Assembly: GCA_040954595.2 (NCBI GenBank)
Contig: CM082579.2
Location: forward strand, 12,773,834 to 12,837,833
From: Balanoglossus misakiensis
Lineage: Eukaryota > Animalia > Hemichordata
Reading direction: 5' to 3'
DNA: 64,000 bases
Below are positions 62,391 through 64,000 of the stretch, piece after piece (within the stretch, counting starts at the first letter, position 1; every line of letters begins with the position of its first letter). The translations under genes and the position numbers were made by a program. The notes beneath the pieces were generated by a model. That model saw only the letters and a list, made by a program, of their open reading frames with translations, was not told where the DNA came from and searched no databases.

Positions 62391-64000
62391 CATTACAATA
62401 ATTAATGTATCTGCCAAAAAGTGTTGTCTTGGCGCTACAATACCGGTAGAAGGCAACTTGATGGGCAGGCATTTATCTCATGCAGAGACAATGTGAAAGT
62501 AGATATTTGAATAGAAATTATATTGCAATAGAGAGACAACAGCTAGTTGATAAAACTCTTGTAGAACTCATTAAGTATTAAGTTTATTGATCAAATGTTT
62601 ATTGCAACTTTTGAAATAATTTAAATAACATGCACAGTGCACAGTTAGCCACTTTCTAGTCACTATATCCCCCCAAAAACAACACACAAAGAAAACAGGC
62701 TGTCCACATTGTTTTGTTCACTAGTAAGTAACCAGGAATTTTTCCATTTTAAGGCAAATGTGACAAATGAACATGGAGTAAACATTTGCTCCAAAAAACT
62801 GTACACTGTAATGCGAGAAGGAAAATTATCTCATGAAAGACTTCAACCCATATATTCCATGAATACTTTTCATATCTGCTTCAATCCGGCTGAGTAGCTC
62901 TGTTGCTCTGAAATGTATTTGGGAGAACTTGTGAGTTCTGAAGCCTTATGTGTCACTTTTCTTTTCATGCAAATGTGCTATGCTGTTACTGTTTTCATAA
63001 GGCAGAGTTACCTTTCACATTTACTTGATTGGTTCCAAGTAGTATGATTGTGAAAGTCATTGAAACATCAAATTAAATCCTTTACTCTTCAATTGTGTGC
63101 ATTGCAGTGTGACATTTATCATCCATACACATCTTTCAAGAACATATTACAAGTCATCGTTGATGACACAGTCCCCCTCTTGTCGAAAGTGTTATAATCT
63201 TTGGTGTCTAGGTTACTGTAGGATGACATTGATGCAACTTGTGTGAGGACTGTAACATGCAAAATAAAGTAATCTGAGCATCATTTAATAAATGACCTGT
63301 TGGTCACATCATGTTGATCATATCATGAAATAAATTGGCATGGTATTTTATCTTAGTGCCAAGTTTTAACAAAATTGGCTCAGGGAAGTTTGAATTATGC
63401 TTCAAAGACATAAAATATCGCATGCATGACTGTCAGGCCTCATATTGGATGATACTGCAAAATAAATAAACATGCCTATGAATGCCAAAGCGCCTCGTCT
63501 GCGGGGACTAATAATCAAACCCTAGTTGTGGAAAACTACCTTGAATGACACTCTTGGTGACATGGCAACTAATCTTAGTTCCAAGATCATCTTGACATTG
63601 TACCTTGTACAAGGGACAGAAGCTCTGGCATTCTGGTTCACAATCTTATCCAAATACTAGGTGACCAAAACACAACTGCAAATTTGCACACAATAACTGA
63701 AATGGACCTTAACACACACATAGTTATGTTTCAATGTTTGTCATCAATTTTTGTTTTCATTTTTAGGGCCCCAAGTATATGCAGGACTAAACATGTAACA
63801 ATAACAATAATATTTTTATTGAGAATTCAGAAAAAACTACTAACACTTGCATGCAATTAAAATGATTATTTATGCTGTTCAAAGTTGACATTTTGTTGGA
63901 CAACACAGAAAAATTTGGAAACTTGCTTTCCTCATAAGGAATGCATAGCACTGATTGTGCCTACCAGTGTGAGCGTACCCAGGTGTCTGAGACTGTCAGT

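Noticed and set aside
62900-63700. Minus-strand exon-like blocks with AG/GT borders
   Set aside because: They contain several stops and no recognisable motif, so I cannot assign a product.

Overview
This is eukaryotic, AT-rich DNA with GT-AG introns, probably from a marine invertebrate (a guess from the transposon repertoire). It consists almost entirely of nested transposable elements, and I found no clear host gene. The backbone is a 14-exon Kolobok-type DDE transposase pseudogene (6981-35367, +). It sits head-to-head, 200 bp away, with a 4-exon RPA70-like OB-fold/zinc-ribbon pseudogene (5257-6780, -). The transposase gene is interrupted by a full-length BEL/Pao LTR retrotransposon (8047-17347), which itself contains a 5'-truncated CR1/L2-group LINE, and by a 13-kb array of Helentron-like (HINE) elements (17820-30986). 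Downstream lie a second full-length BEL/Pao element, an IS3EU-like relic, and a non-autonomous plus an intact Crypton (tyrosine recombinase) element with long terminal hairpins. After these come a 21-bp minisatellite, a Harbinger-type element holding a Gypsy fragment, PIF1 helicase and P-element transposase relics, an RTEX-like LINE end, a HECT fragment, a 63-bp minisatellite and an intact SAM-IS3EU-type transposase. Four observations stand out. (1) BEL-1 has no tRNA primer-binding site but has an 11-nt site complementary to its own LTR, suggesting Tf1-like self-priming. (2) The HINE array appears built by nested self-insertion rather than tandem duplication. (3) The Crypton hairpins conserve strand-specific GA/GA mismatches and GNA loops, suggesting recombination on folded ssDNA. 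(4) The Kolobok transposase is paired with an RPA-like gene. All family calls come from motif recognition by eye; no database search was run.
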